NCBI GenBank assembly: GCA_036676985.1
Contig: JAKFBU010000039.1
Span: 64,001-128,000 of the forward strand
Length of the DNA stretch: 64,000 nucleotides
Reading direction: 5' to 3'
Source of the DNA: Candidatus Sericytochromatia bacterium
Lineage (GTDB): Bacteria > Cyanobacteriota > Sericytochromatia > S15B-MN24 > UBA4093
The position numbers and the translations under genes were made by a program. Below the pieces are notes generated by a model that worked only from the letters and a program-made list of their open reading frames with translations, was not told the DNA's origin and ran no database searches. Below are positions 55,625-64,000 of the stretch, piece by piece (within the stretch, counting starts at the first letter, position 1; every line of letters starts with the position of its first letter).

Positions 55625-56185
55625 CTAGAACCGACCGAGACGCCCGCCACCGGTGCCTGCCAGGCCGAAAAACAGGTCGATCACCACGACCGCGAGCAGC
55701 ACCCGCAGGCCCACCGAGCCGAACATGGCAAAGAAGCCTTCCATGCCGTCCTTGAGCGCGCGGTCGAAGCGCTGTCCCTTGTGCCCGCTGAACTGCACGG
55801 CCACCGTGCCCACGAGCACGCCGAGCAGCATCCAGAGCGCGCCGCCGAAGAGGAAGAGGCCGATCATGCCCCCGATGAGGCCGCCCCAGACGGTGTTCTG
55901 ACCGATCCAGCCGAAGCGCAGGTGCAGGCGCTCGCTGATGGTCTCGAGGCTTAGCCCGAGGGCCGCCAAGGCGACGATGAGCCCGAAGACCACCCAGCCC
56001 GTCGTCGAGAGCTGCCAGCCCGTCTGGTAGGCCTGCCAGAGGCCGTAGCCCACCGCGGTCAGGCTCACGAGCGCGAAGCCCACGGTCTGACGGCGGACGG
56101 CCAGGACCAGGCCCACCATCATCAGGACGAGGGCGAGGGGATAGAGATAGGAAAGCAACGAAGTCGGCACGATATTCCTCCTCAT
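55625..56185 (-). CDS. DUF456-like membrane protein
   Basis: Five to six TM helices; WGGLIGGMIGLFLFG Gly pattern. Confidence 0.7.
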   Translation of the reverse strand: MRRNIVPTSLLSYLYPLALVLMMVGLVLAVRRQTVGFALVSLTAVGYGLWQAYQTGWQLSTTGWVVFGLIVALAALGLSLETISERLHLRFGWIGQNTVWGGLIGGMIGLFLFGGALWMLLGVLVGTVAVQFSGHKGQRFDRALKDGMEGFFAMFGSVGLRVLLAVVVIDLFFGLAGTGGGRLGRF

Positions 56186-56375
56186 GGACGCGGCCATTGT
56201 AAGCGTTCGAGCGATGGTCGGCAACAGCCGTTAGGGATAAGGAGTCGTTCGCACTTCGAGAGCCTCAGTGTGAACGGTTGTTGTGGGTGTGCGAACTAAT
56301 GACAACCGTTCCCCTTAGTCTGCCACCAAAGCGAAACGGCCGGGCAAATGCCCGGCCGAGGTCGCATGAGGCTAG

Positions 56376-57362
56376 CTAGACCCGGGTGGCGAGGCGAAAG
56401 GAGTTGCGCTCCAGGGCCATCTTCAGGATTCGGTCGAGCATCTCGGGGAGCATGATCCCCGCCGCCCGGGCCGCCTTGGGCAGGAGGCTGTTCTCCGTGA
56501 GGCCGGGGATGGTGTTGGTCTCGAGCACGAAGATCTCGCCCGCCTCCGTGATGCGCATGTCCGTGCGCGACATGCCCCAGCAGCCGAGGGCACGGTGCGC
56601 CCGGACGGCGAGGTCCTGGATGCGCGCCGTCAGCTCCGGCGAGATGCGCGCGGGCACGATCTCGTCCGAGGCCCCCGCCTTGTACTTGGCCTCGAAGTCG
56701 AACCACTCGGTCTTGGGGACGATCTCGACCACGGGCAGGGCCTCGACCCTGGAGCCGCCGAGGACGCCGCAGGTCACCTCGAGGCCGGGCACGAAGCGCT
56801 CGACCAGCAGCTCCGGAGACAGCTTGCCGGCCTCCTGCCACGCGGGCACGAACTCCTCGGGCGATCGCACGATGTAGACGCCGAAGCTCGAGCCCTGGTT
56901 GTCCGCCTTGAGGACCACGGGCCAGCCGAAGGCCTGGCCCACCTGGTCCCGGGCCGCCTCCGGGGAGACGCCCGGCTCGACGCGCAAGTCGTAGGTGAAG
57001 GAGTCCGCCGTCGGGATCCCCGCCTGGCGGTAGACCTCCTTGGTGCGGGCCTTGTTCATCGCCAGCGCGCTCGCGAGCACGCCCGAGCCCGTGTAGGGGA
57101 TGCCGTACAGCTCGAGCAGGCCCTGGAGCGTGCCGTCCTCGCCGCCCGCCCCGTGGATGGCGATGAAGACGACGTCCGTCGACTGCTTGAGGTCGAGCCA
57201 CTGGCGGGTGCCGCCCGGCAGGAACTCGTTGAGGTCGTAGACGGCGACCTCGTAGGCCTCCGGGTCGAGGTTGCGGCGGACCATCTCGCAGGACCAGCTC
57301 GACACCTCACGCTCGGTGGAGAACCCGCCCCACAGGACGGCAACCCGGGTCTTCTCGGTCAT
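56376..57362 (-). CDS. ddl: D-alanine--D-alanine ligase
   Basis: GGFSTEREVS, HGAGGEDGTLQG, GSSFGV, DFEAKY and LETNTIPGLT..SLLP motifs. Confidence 0.95.
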   Translation of the reverse strand: MTEKTRVAVLWGGFSTEREVSSWSCEMVRRNLDPEAYEVAVYDLNEFLPGGTRQWLDLKQSTDVVFIAIHGAGGEDGTLQGLLELYGIPYTGSGVLASALAMNKARTKEVYRQAGIPTADSFTYDLRVEPGVSPEAARDQVGQAFGWPVVLKADNQGSSFGVYIVRSPEEFVPAWQEAGKLSPELLVERFVPGLEVTCGVLGGSRVEALPVVEIVPKTEWFDFEAKYKAGASDEIVPARISPELTARIQDLAVRAHRALGCWGMSRTDMRITEAGEIFVLETNTIPGLTENSLLPKAARAAGIMLPEMLDRILKMALERNSFRLATRV

Positions 57363-58802
57363 TTACGCTCCTTGCGCGTAGGTCCGGCCGGCCTCCAAGA
57401 GGCTGCGGACGTGGTCATGGGTGGGGGCCTCCGAGTAGATGCGGAGCAGGGGCTCGGTGCCGGACGCCCGGAAAAGGAGCCACGCCCCGTTGTCGAAGTT
57501 GAACTTCACGCCGTCCAGGGTCTCGATGCCCGTGACGGCGAGGCCCGCGAAGGTCGCGGGGGGATTGGCCTTGAGGGTCGCGAGCACCCGATCCTTGGCG
57601 GCGTTGTCCGTCAGGTGCAGGTCGATGCGATCGTACTTGTGGGGGCCGTACTTGGCCTCGAGCCGACCGATCAGCTCGCCGAGGGTCGCCTGGCGCTTGG
57701 CCATGATCTCGAGCAGCAGGAGCGCGCACAGGATGCCGTCCCGCTCGGGGATGTGGTTCTTGATGCCGATGCCGCCCGACTCCTCGCCGCCCAGGAGGAT
57801 GTCCTCGGCGACCATCAGGTCGCAGATGTATTTGAAGCCGATGGGCGTCTCGTGCAGCGGAAGGCCGTACTCCGCGGCCATCTTCCCGACCATGCGTGAG
57901 GTCGAGAAGGTGCGGATGACGCCGCCCTTCCAGCCCTTGTCCTCGACCAGGTGCTGGAGGATGAGGCTCAGGATCTGGTGCGAGTTGACGAACTCGCCCG
58001 TGGCGTCCACCGCCCCCACCCGGTCCGCGTCGCCGTCGCAGGCGAGGCCCACCGTCAGGGGACGGGCTTTGGCGGTCTCGCGGGTCTGGGCGGCGAGCTC
58101 CTGAAGGTTGGGCGCGATGGGCTCGGGGTTGGTCCCGTTGAAGCCGGGGTTCGCCTCGCCGTGCAGCTCGGTGATCTCCAGGCCCGCCTCGGCCAGCAAG
58201 GTGCGCAGGTAGCCCGAGCCCGCGCCGTACATGGGGTCATGCAGGACCGAGAGGCCGGCCTTGGCGATCGCCCCCGTGTCGACCATGCGCTTGAGCTGGG
58301 CGAAGTAGCCCGCGCGCGGGTCGAAGGTCTCGATGGGCTCGCCGCCGTACGCCTTGGGCGCGCGCACGGTCTTGAGGGCCGCCTCGACGCGGGCCGTGAG
58401 CTCGGGCGAGGCCGAGCCGCCGTAGTGGGCCTTGATCTTGAAGCCGTTGTACTCGGGCGGGTTGTGGCTCGCCGTGAGCATGATGGCGCCGATGGCACCC
58501 TGCTCCTTGACGCTCCAGCTGATGGCCGGGCTCGAGCAGTGGCGCTCGGAGAGGATGACGCGGAAGCCGTTGGCGGCCATGACCTCGGCCGCGGCCCGGG
58601 CGAACTGGTTGGACAAGAAGCGGGTGTCGAAGCCCACCATCACCGGGCGCGTCGCGAGCTCGCCCGCGAACTCCTGGCTCCAGACTTCGGCGAGCGCCTG
58701 GGCCACCAGGCGCACGTTGTCGAAGGTGAACTCCTGGGCGATGACGGCGCGCCAGCCGTCGGTCCCGAACTTGATGGCGGGGGTCGCTTCTTGCGTCAGC
58801 AT
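57363..58802 (-). CDS. Phosphomannomutase/phosphoglucomutase
   Basis: FGTDGWR, TASHNP, DGDADR, GEESGG and RASGTEP motifs; start at ATG 58802. Confidence 0.95.
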   Translation of the reverse strand: MLTQEATPAIKFGTDGWRAVIAQEFTFDNVRLVAQALAEVWSQEFAGELATRPVMVGFDTRFLSNQFARAAAEVMAANGFRVILSERHCSSPAISWSVKEQGAIGAIMLTASHNPPEYNGFKIKAHYGGSASPELTARVEAALKTVRAPKAYGGEPIETFDPRAGYFAQLKRMVDTGAIAKAGLSVLHDPMYGAGSGYLRTLLAEAGLEITELHGEANPGFNGTNPEPIAPNLQELAAQTRETAKARPLTVGLACDGDADRVGAVDATGEFVNSHQILSLILQHLVEDKGWKGGVIRTFSTSRMVGKMAAEYGLPLHETPIGFKYICDLMVAEDILLGGEESGGIGIKNHIPERDGILCALLLLEIMAKRQATLGELIGRLEAKYGPHKYDRIDLHLTDNAAKDRVLATLKANPPATFAGLAVTGIETLDGVKFNFDNGAWLLFRASGTEPLLRIYSEAPTHDHVRSLLEAGRTYAQGA

Positions 58803-58810
58803 GCAGGCTC

Positions 58811-59881
58811 CTAGTTGGCGATGCGGGTGCCCTTGCCGACCACCGAGTCGTCGGCGAGGACCATGTTGTGGCCGAGGGAGGCGTGGGCGCCGATGGTGCA
58901 GTTGCGGCCGACGATGCAGCGCTCGAGGGTCGCCTCCTCGCCGATGGTGCTGCCGGCGCCGACGAGCGATCGCTCGAGCACCGCCCGATCGTCCAGCACC
59001 ACGCCGCTGCCGAGCACGGAGTACTCGTGCAGCTTGGCCTTCTTGCGGACCTTGGAGCCGTGGCCGATGTAGACCGGGCCGCGCACGTCGGCGCTGTCGT
59101 CCAGGTCCACGTCCTCGCCCACCCACAGGCCCGGCTTGAGCTCGGTGCCTGGCATGTTGACCTTGACGCGCTTCTGGAGCACGTCCGTGTGGGCCTGCAT
59201 GTACTTCAAGGGGCTGCCGATGTCGAGCCAGTAGGAGTCGGTCACATGCCCCGAGAGGCGCTCGTCGAGCTGCAAGAGCAGCGGGAAGAGGCCGCGCTCG
59301 AAGCTGTAGGCCTCGTTCTTGGGGACGTAGCGGAAGACGTCCGGGTCGAGGACGTAGATGCCGGCGTTGACCGTGTCCACGTTGAGGGCCCGGGCCTCGT
59401 CCATGGTGGGCTTCTCGAGGAAGCGCGTGATCCGGGTGTCGTCCATCATCACCAGGCCGTAGGCCGTGGGGTCCTCGACCCGGATGAGCGTGAGGGTCGC
59501 CCGCGCCTTGGAGTCCCGGTGGGTCTTGAGCACCGCCGAGAGGTCCACGTCCGTGAGGATGTCCCCGTTGAAGACGAGCATGGGCTCGTCGTCGAAGAAC
59601 TCCTCGGCGTTCTTGACGGCCCCGGCCGTGCCGAGCGCCTTGTCCTCGAGGCTGTAGTACAGCTTGACGCCTAACTTGGAGCCGTCGCCGAGCACGTCCT
59701 TGATGGTGTCGGACAGGTAGTGCAGGTTGATGACGATGTCCTTGATGCCGTGGTCCCGCAGCAGCTCGATCTGGTACTGCAGGAACGGCTTGCCGAACAG
59801 GGGCACCATGGGCTTCGGCGTGTTGTACGTCAGGGGGCGAAGGCGGGTGCCGGAGCCCCCGGCGATGATGACAGCACGCAT
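58811..59881 (-). CDS. NDP-sugar pyrophosphorylase (mannose-1-phosphate guanylyltransferase-like)
   Basis: AGGSGTRLRPLT..PKPM, LGTAGAV, NGD, FLEKP and a C-terminal hexapeptide domain. Confidence 0.93.
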   Translation of the reverse strand: MRAVIIAGGSGTRLRPLTYNTPKPMVPLFGKPFLQYQIELLRDHGIKDIVINLHYLSDTIKDVLGDGSKLGVKLYYSLEDKALGTAGAVKNAEEFFDDEPMLVFNGDILTDVDLSAVLKTHRDSKARATLTLIRVEDPTAYGLVMMDDTRITRFLEKPTMDEARALNVDTVNAGIYVLDPDVFRYVPKNEAYSFERGLFPLLLQLDERLSGHVTDSYWLDIGSPLKYMQAHTDVLQKRVKVNMPGTELKPGLWVGEDVDLDDSADVRGPVYIGHGSKVRKKAKLHEYSVLGSGVVLDDRAVLERSLVGAGSTIGEEATLERCIVGRNCTIGAHASLGHNMVLADDSVVGKGTRIAN

Positions 59882-60946
59882 CTAGCGAATCTCCTGCGGG
59901 ACGGCGAGCGCCATCCGGTCCTTGAGGCCGAAGATGGCCTCGACCGGCGTGGGGTCGACGTCGTTCATGAGGGCGAGGTAGACGCTCACCCAGTCACCGA
60001 GGTAGCTGAGGGACATCTGCCGGCTGAGGGCGTCCGCGCCGTCCGCCACCAGGTCGATCACGTCGTCGAGGCTCGGGCGCATGATGTCCCGGGCGAAGGT
60101 GAGCTGACGGGTCAGGAGGGGCGGATCCTGCGGGTCGCGCAGGATCACCATGACGTGGCCCGGGTGCGGGCGGTGCGCCAGGTTGACGATCTCGTTGTGC
60201 GTGAGCTCCGGGAAGATGCCGAACAGGCACGTGACCTTGCTGTTCTCGTTGAGCTGGGCCTTCCAGCGCATGGCGACCGCCTCGGTCGAGGGATGCACGC
60301 CGAAGACCACGGGCGTCTTGCCCGAGAGCCTGGAGGCGAGCTGCTTGGCCGGGTTCTGGGCCGCTTCGACCGCCAGCAGGTAAGTCTCGCGCTCGCGCTT
60401 GAGCTGGGCGATCGCCGCGGTGGGATCCACCGCGCACCCGGGCAGCTGGCTCAGCAGGCCCAAGAGGGCGAAGTAGAGCTCGCCCAGGGCCGCGCGGGGC
60501 ATCCAGCCCGGCTCGACGGAGACGGTGGGCAGGTTGTGCGCCTCGGCGAGGGCCTTGAACTGGCCGCCCGAGGTGACGAGCACGCAGGGGACCTCTCGCG
60601 CGATCGCGTCCTGCAGGCACCCGAGCGTCTCGGCGGTGTTGCCGGAGTAGGAGAGGAGGATGACCAGGTCCTCGCGGCCGGCCGATGCGGGCAGCCCGCA
60701 GTGGCGCGAGACCAAAAGCGGCACCTCGGAGCGGCCGAAGAACAGGTTGCGGGCCAGATCCCCGCTGATGGCCGAGCCGCCCATGCCGCAGATCAGGACC
60801 TGCCGGGGCCGCGTGGTCGGCAACCGGGTCGCCTGGCCGCGCTCGAAGGCCCCCTGGGCCATGTCGGGCAGGCGGTGCAGGAAACCGAGCATGCCGCCGG
60901 GGTCAGCGGCCGTCAGGCGCGAGGCGTCGTCGAGCAAAGAAGCCAC
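59882..60946 (-). CDS. Bifunctional phosphoglucose/phosphomannose isomerase (SIS)
   Basis: GMGGSAISGD, SYSGNTAET, PRAA, QLNENSK and FPELTHNEI motifs. Confidence 0.93.
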   Translation of the reverse strand: MASLLDDASRLTAADPGGMLGFLHRLPDMAQGAFERGQATRLPTTRPRQVLICGMGGSAISGDLARNLFFGRSEVPLLVSRHCGLPASAGREDLVILLSYSGNTAETLGCLQDAIAREVPCVLVTSGGQFKALAEAHNLPTVSVEPGWMPRAALGELYFALLGLLSQLPGCAVDPTAAIAQLKRERETYLLAVEAAQNPAKQLASRLSGKTPVVFGVHPSTEAVAMRWKAQLNENSKVTCLFGIFPELTHNEIVNLAHRPHPGHVMVILRDPQDPPLLTRQLTFARDIMRPSLDDVIDLVADGADALSRQMSLSYLGDWVSVYLALMNDVDPTPVEAIFGLKDRMALAVPQEIR

Positions 60947-61072
60947 GGGAGATCCTCCACTTTCAATGGCGATCGACTCCTGGGTCGGAACTCCCCGTCA
61001 GGGGGCCCGGAGCCGAATCGTTCGAGAGCGCTGAAAGGCTTGCGCGCCCTCGATCATAGCACACGGGCGGCG

Positions 61073-62086
61073 CTACTTCCAAACCGCCCGGAACACGCGT
61101 GCCCAGTTTCCGCCGAGGATCTTCTCGATGCGCTCGGCCGAGTAGCCGCGACTCAGCATCCCCTCTGTGAGGTTCGGCAGGCATCCGACGTGGCTCAGAC
61201 GGGTGGGCGGGGTCGTGATGCCGTCGAAGTCCGAGCCGAGCCCCACGTGGTCGTCGCCCACGAGCCCCACGATGTAATCGATGTGGGCGAGCACGTGCTC
61301 GAGATCCGCCGGCTCCTTGGAGAGGAAGCCCGGCACGAAGGTGACGCCGACCAGACCGCCGCGATCGGCGATCGCCTTGATCTGATCGTCGCGCAGGTTG
61401 CGCCCGTGGGCGTGCAGGGCGTGGGCGTTGGCATGGGTCGCGACCACCGGGCCCTCCGAGCACTCGAGCGCGTCCCAGAAGCCGGGCTCGGCGATGTGCG
61501 CGAGGTCGAGGACCACTCCCAGCTCCTGCATGCGCGCGACCAGCTCGCGGCCGAGCTCCGTCAGGCCCGACGGCCGCGGCCCCACCCGCAGGCCGTCGGC
61601 GAAGGCGTTGCGGCCGTTCCATGTGAGCCCGATCATGCGCACGCCGAGGCGATAGAAGACCTCCAGGAGGCTCACGTCGTCCACCAGCGGATCGGCCCCC
61701 TCGAAGGAGAAGACGAAGCCGGGGCGCGTGGGGTCGAGGTCGGCCACCGAGGTGATCTGGCGCAGGTCCGGGCAGTCGCGCTGCATGTCGAGGAAGGCCG
61801 CGATGAGCTTGAGGGCCCGGTGCAGGGCGCGCTCGCCCTGGTACTCGGGCGGGGTCCACAGGGAGAAGACCTGCGCGTTGATCCGTGCCTCCTTGAGGCG
61901 GGGCAGATCGATGTGGTAGTCGGGCGCCGACTCCGTGAGCGGCAGGCCCTCGTTGAGGACCCGGTCCAGGGTGTCGGCATGGCCGTCGATGACCAGACAG
62001 CGCTCATGGAGGGCGCGAGCCTCGGCGGCGAGGCCGGTCTGCGGCTGGGACGGGGCGGGGGTGGCGGCCTGTGGAACCAAGATCAC
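61073..62086 (-). CDS. Membrane dipeptidase (peptidase M19)
   Basis: IDGHAD, SFEG, LTWN, THAN..RNL.D, GLGSDFDG and GGNW motifs; start inferred at GTG 62086, with TGGTACAAT upstream. Confidence 0.92.
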   Translation of the reverse strand: MILVPQAATPAPSQPQTGLAAEARALHERCLVIDGHADTLDRVLNEGLPLTESAPDYHIDLPRLKEARINAQVFSLWTPPEYQGERALHRALKLIAAFLDMQRDCPDLRQITSVADLDPTRPGFVFSFEGADPLVDDVSLLEVFYRLGVRMIGLTWNGRNAFADGLRVGPRPSGLTELGRELVARMQELGVVLDLAHIAEPGFWDALECSEGPVVATHANAHALHAHGRNLRDDQIKAIADRGGLVGVTFVPGFLSKEPADLEHVLAHIDYIVGLVGDDHVGLGSDFDGITTPPTRLSHVGCLPNLTEGMLSRGYSAERIEKILGGNWARVFRAVWK

Positions 62087-62380
62087 GTTACCTCGTGTGG
62101 GGGGAAGGGCCGTGGCATTGTACCACGCTCGCCCGGCCCAAACTCCCGCTCGATCCTGATGGGGCGGACCTTCCGGGGCACCGGCGTCATCCCCCTGCCA
62201 TCGCCCTGCGCACGGCCCGAGGCGATGCCTCGCCGGGTCCCCCCGCTCGCCGAACAATCCTCCCAGGCCCTTACAACCGTACCAGGGAGCGTTGTGTCCA
62301 AACTTTTCGGGTGTTAACGTCTTTACAAACCTTTACATCCTTGGGGGGATGTTCGCAGGGATCGGCAAGGAGGAAACGCG

Positions 62381-63235
62381 ATGCTTGGGAAGAATCTGCT
62401 CGCCCTGGGGCTGGCCGGGACCCTGACCGTGGGCCTGGCTGAGACCGCCAACGCCCAGATGCGGACCTCGACCAGCACGGTCGCGGTGCCCGTGGTGTCG
62501 GTGGCTCAGCAGGCAGGCCCCACCCGGATCTACTCGGTTCCCCGTGCGGACGTGCTCGGAGCGGGTACCAACCTCATGAGCCTCAATCTGGGTATCGGGG
62601 GGATCGGCATCGCGCCGGCCCCGGTGGGCGTCGGCATCTCCTCGGTGGCCGGCAACAACCTGAACCTGCGGGCCGACATGGGGATGTCGCCGGGCTTCGA
62701 GCTCGGCACGGGGATCGGCGTCATTGCGACCGCTCCCTGGCGCGGCCGCCTCGATCTGAGCGGTAAGTGGGCCTGGATGCAGGAAGGGGCCGCCATCGCG
62801 AGCATCGCGGGCCTGGCGGGCGGCGTCCTCGAGATCGACGCCAACGGCAACCCCAGCCTCGGCCTGCAGGTCGGTATCCCGATCTCGAAGATGTTCCCGT
62901 TCGGCGCGGGCCAGATGCTCGGCCTGAACCTGGTGCCGACCTGGAACCTCGGCCTCCTCAACACCGCGGCCGCGGTGGGGGCGACCGGACCCTTCAACTT
63001 CTTCGGCCTGGGCATGGGCGCGGACCTGTTGCTCATCCCCAACCTGCACCTGTTGGCCGACACCAACCTCGGCTTCCCCGTGGTGGGCATTAACACCCAG
63101 TCCGCGCTGGGCGTCCGCTACGACTTCAGCCGCGACCTGACGGGCGACCTTTACGTGGGCTTCGCCTCGGGCCAGAACCTGGGCCTCGGCGGGGGCGTCT
63201 CCTCGCTGGGCGTGGGGAGCAGCTGGCGCTTCTAG
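62381..63235 (+). CDS. Gly-rich outer-membrane beta-barrel protein
   Basis: Signal peptide (ANA), alternating hydrophobic strands, C-terminal SWRF. Confidence 0.7.
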   Translation: MLGKNLLALGLAGTLTVGLAETANAQMRTSTSTVAVPVVSVAQQAGPTRIYSVPRADVLGAGTNLMSLNLGIGGIGIAPAPVGVGISSVAGNNLNLRADMGMSPGFELGTGIGVIATAPWRGRLDLSGKWAWMQEGAAIASIAGLAGGVLEIDANGNPSLGLQVGIPISKMFPFGAGQMLGLNLVPTWNLGLLNTAAAVGATGPFNFFGLGMGADLLLIPNLHLLADTNLGFPVVGINTQSALGVRYDFSRDLTGDLYVGFASGQNLGLGGGVSSLGVGSSWRF

Positions 63236-63255
63236 TCACCGATCGATCCAACGAC

Positions 63256-63288
63256 TTCGCCGCCGGGCTCGTCCCGGCGGCGAATTTT
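63256..63288 (+). terminator. Rho-independent terminator
   Basis: ttcgccgccggg-ctcgt-cccggcggcgaa followed by tttt. Confidence 0.8.
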
Positions 63289-63305
63289 CTTGGCGTTACC
63301 GAGCA

Positions 63306-63334
63306 TTGACGCCGCTTGTCCGCCGTGATAAACC
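63306..63334 (+). promoter_or_regulatory. Putative sigma70 promoter for the metK leader
   Basis: TTGACG-N17-TAAACC with TG at the extended position. Confidence 0.5.
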
Positions 63335-63415
63335 CATTACAGCGCAATGCGGCTCGTGGGGCCGGATCCCTCAAGTTTCGCCCCCGCGATGCCGATGCTG
63401 AAACTGATTTAACTC

Positions 63416-63525
63416 GGCCTCACGGCCCAAAAACTGAATAGTAAGCTTATCGCGCCTTGCGGCGCCGGAAAGCTTAAGTTGTAGTCGGTGGCCTCACGGC
63501 CAAAAAATTGAATAGTAAGCTTATC
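63416..63525 (+). repeat. 36-bp direct repeat in the metK leader (63416-63451 and 63490-63525)
   Basis: ggcctcacggccMaaaaaYtgaatagtaagcttatc; 34 of 36 positions identical. Confidence 0.9.
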
Positions 63526-63620
63526 AAGAGACGGCGGAGGGACTGGCCCGATGATGCCCGGCAACCGGCGCGATGCGTGCGGTGCCAATTCCTGCGAGGG
63601 GTAACCCTCGGGAGATGAGC
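63519..63620 (+). ncRNA. SAM-I riboswitch (S-box)
   Basis: cttatcaagag..ggagggactggcccgatga..cggcaacc..ggtgccaattcc..gatgag consensus, directly upstream of metK. Confidence 0.97.
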
Positions 63621-63633
63621 GAGTCGAGCGATC

Positions 63634-63674
63634 GCCTCTTGCCCTCTTGATTCATCGGCAAGCGGGCTTTTTTT
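63634..63674 (+). terminator. Riboswitch-controlled intrinsic terminator
   Basis: gcctcttgcc ... ggcaagcgggc followed by T7. Confidence 0.8.
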
Positions 63675-63698
63675 ATGGCCCAGCAGGAAGGAGCTCCC

Positions 63699-64000
63699 AT
63701 GACCCAGCGCCGTCGTCTGTTTACGTCGGAGTCCGTGACGGAAGGGCACCCCGACAAGATCTGCGACCAGATCTCCGACGCCATCCTCGATGCGATCCTG
63801 GCCCAGGATCCCATGGGCCGCGTGGCCTGTGAAACGACCGTCACGACCGGCCTGGTGCTGGTGGCCGGCGAGATCACGACCACGGCCAACCTGGACATCC
63901 CGGACCTGGTCCGCAAGACCGTCCGCTCCATCGGCTACGACCGCGCCAAGTACGGCTTCGACGCCGACACCGCGGGCGTGCTCGTGGCGCTCGGCAAGCA
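63699..64000 (+). CDS. metK: S-adenosylmethionine synthetase (5' part)
   Basis: [31 protein letters not shown]...RVACET; AAGGAG RBS. Confidence 0.98.
   Translation, partial: MTQRRRLFTSESVTEGHPDKICDQISDAILDAILAQDPMGRVACETTVTTGLVLVAGEITTTANLDIPDLVRKTVRSIGYDRAKYGFDADTAGVLVALGK

Noticed and set aside
56376-57362. Possible D-Ala-D-Lac (vancomycin-resistance) ligase because of DFEAKY
   Set aside because: The specificity Tyr in the omega-loop KY (E. coli DdlB Y216 equivalent) is retained and no van genes are adjacent.
616-62317. Many long antisense or alternative-frame ORFs (e.g. 616-2028+, 26372-28270+, 59720-62317+)
   Set aside because: They are shadows of real genes caused by high GC3: Arg/Gly/Pro-rich, with no motifs or RBS.
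63340-63400. T-box stem I or tRNA/SRP RNA
   Set aside because: No AG-bulge/GNUG loops or UGGNACC antiterminator, no cloverleaf and no SRP domain IV consensus.
63416-63525. 36-bp repeat, 38-bp spacer, 36-bp repeat as a minimal CRISPR array
   Set aside because: The dimensions fit, but the second repeat includes the P1 strand of the SAM-I riboswitch, the spacer folds back on the repeat, and no cas genes are nearby.

Overview
High-GC bacterial chromosomal window. The metK N-terminus, Pho/HLR-like boxes, C-rich inverted repeats and outer-membrane proteins tentatively suggest a non-photosynthetic, cyanobacteria-related diderm such as Sericytochromatia (inference only). From left to right: (1) an AT-rich edge with a HipA-like kinase ORF missed by the ORF track; (2) a GH1 glycosidase; (3) a translationally coupled 9-gene fatty-acid/polyketide-like biosynthetic operon (methyltransferase, two intact FabH/KSIII, GT1, carboxyltransferase, two SDRs, ACP, AMP-ligase) with a neighbouring acyltransferase, thioesterase-like hydrolase and MMPL exporter; (4) an amidase with a Tyr/Gln/Pro repeat tail; (5) a ~21 kb Wzx/Wzy exopolysaccharide locus with modification enzymes and two beta-helix paralogues; (6) four related lipoproteins next to an AMIN/beta-barrel gene, with features resembling donor-strand (type V-like) pilins; (7) assorted envelope genes; (8) a Cys-rich, Pro-tailed leader ORF with an RBS-occluding hairpin ahead of a barrel + YVTN propeller operon; (9) housekeeping genes (ddl, GDP-mannose pathway, dipeptidase); (10) a SAM-I riboswitch with a duplicated leader upstream of metK. 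A shared upstream motif (11-bp-phased TTAAC repeats, then N19-20, then SSGATAA) precedes at least six genes. No rRNA, tRNA, CRISPR array or transposase was found. All calls come from motif reading, without database searches.
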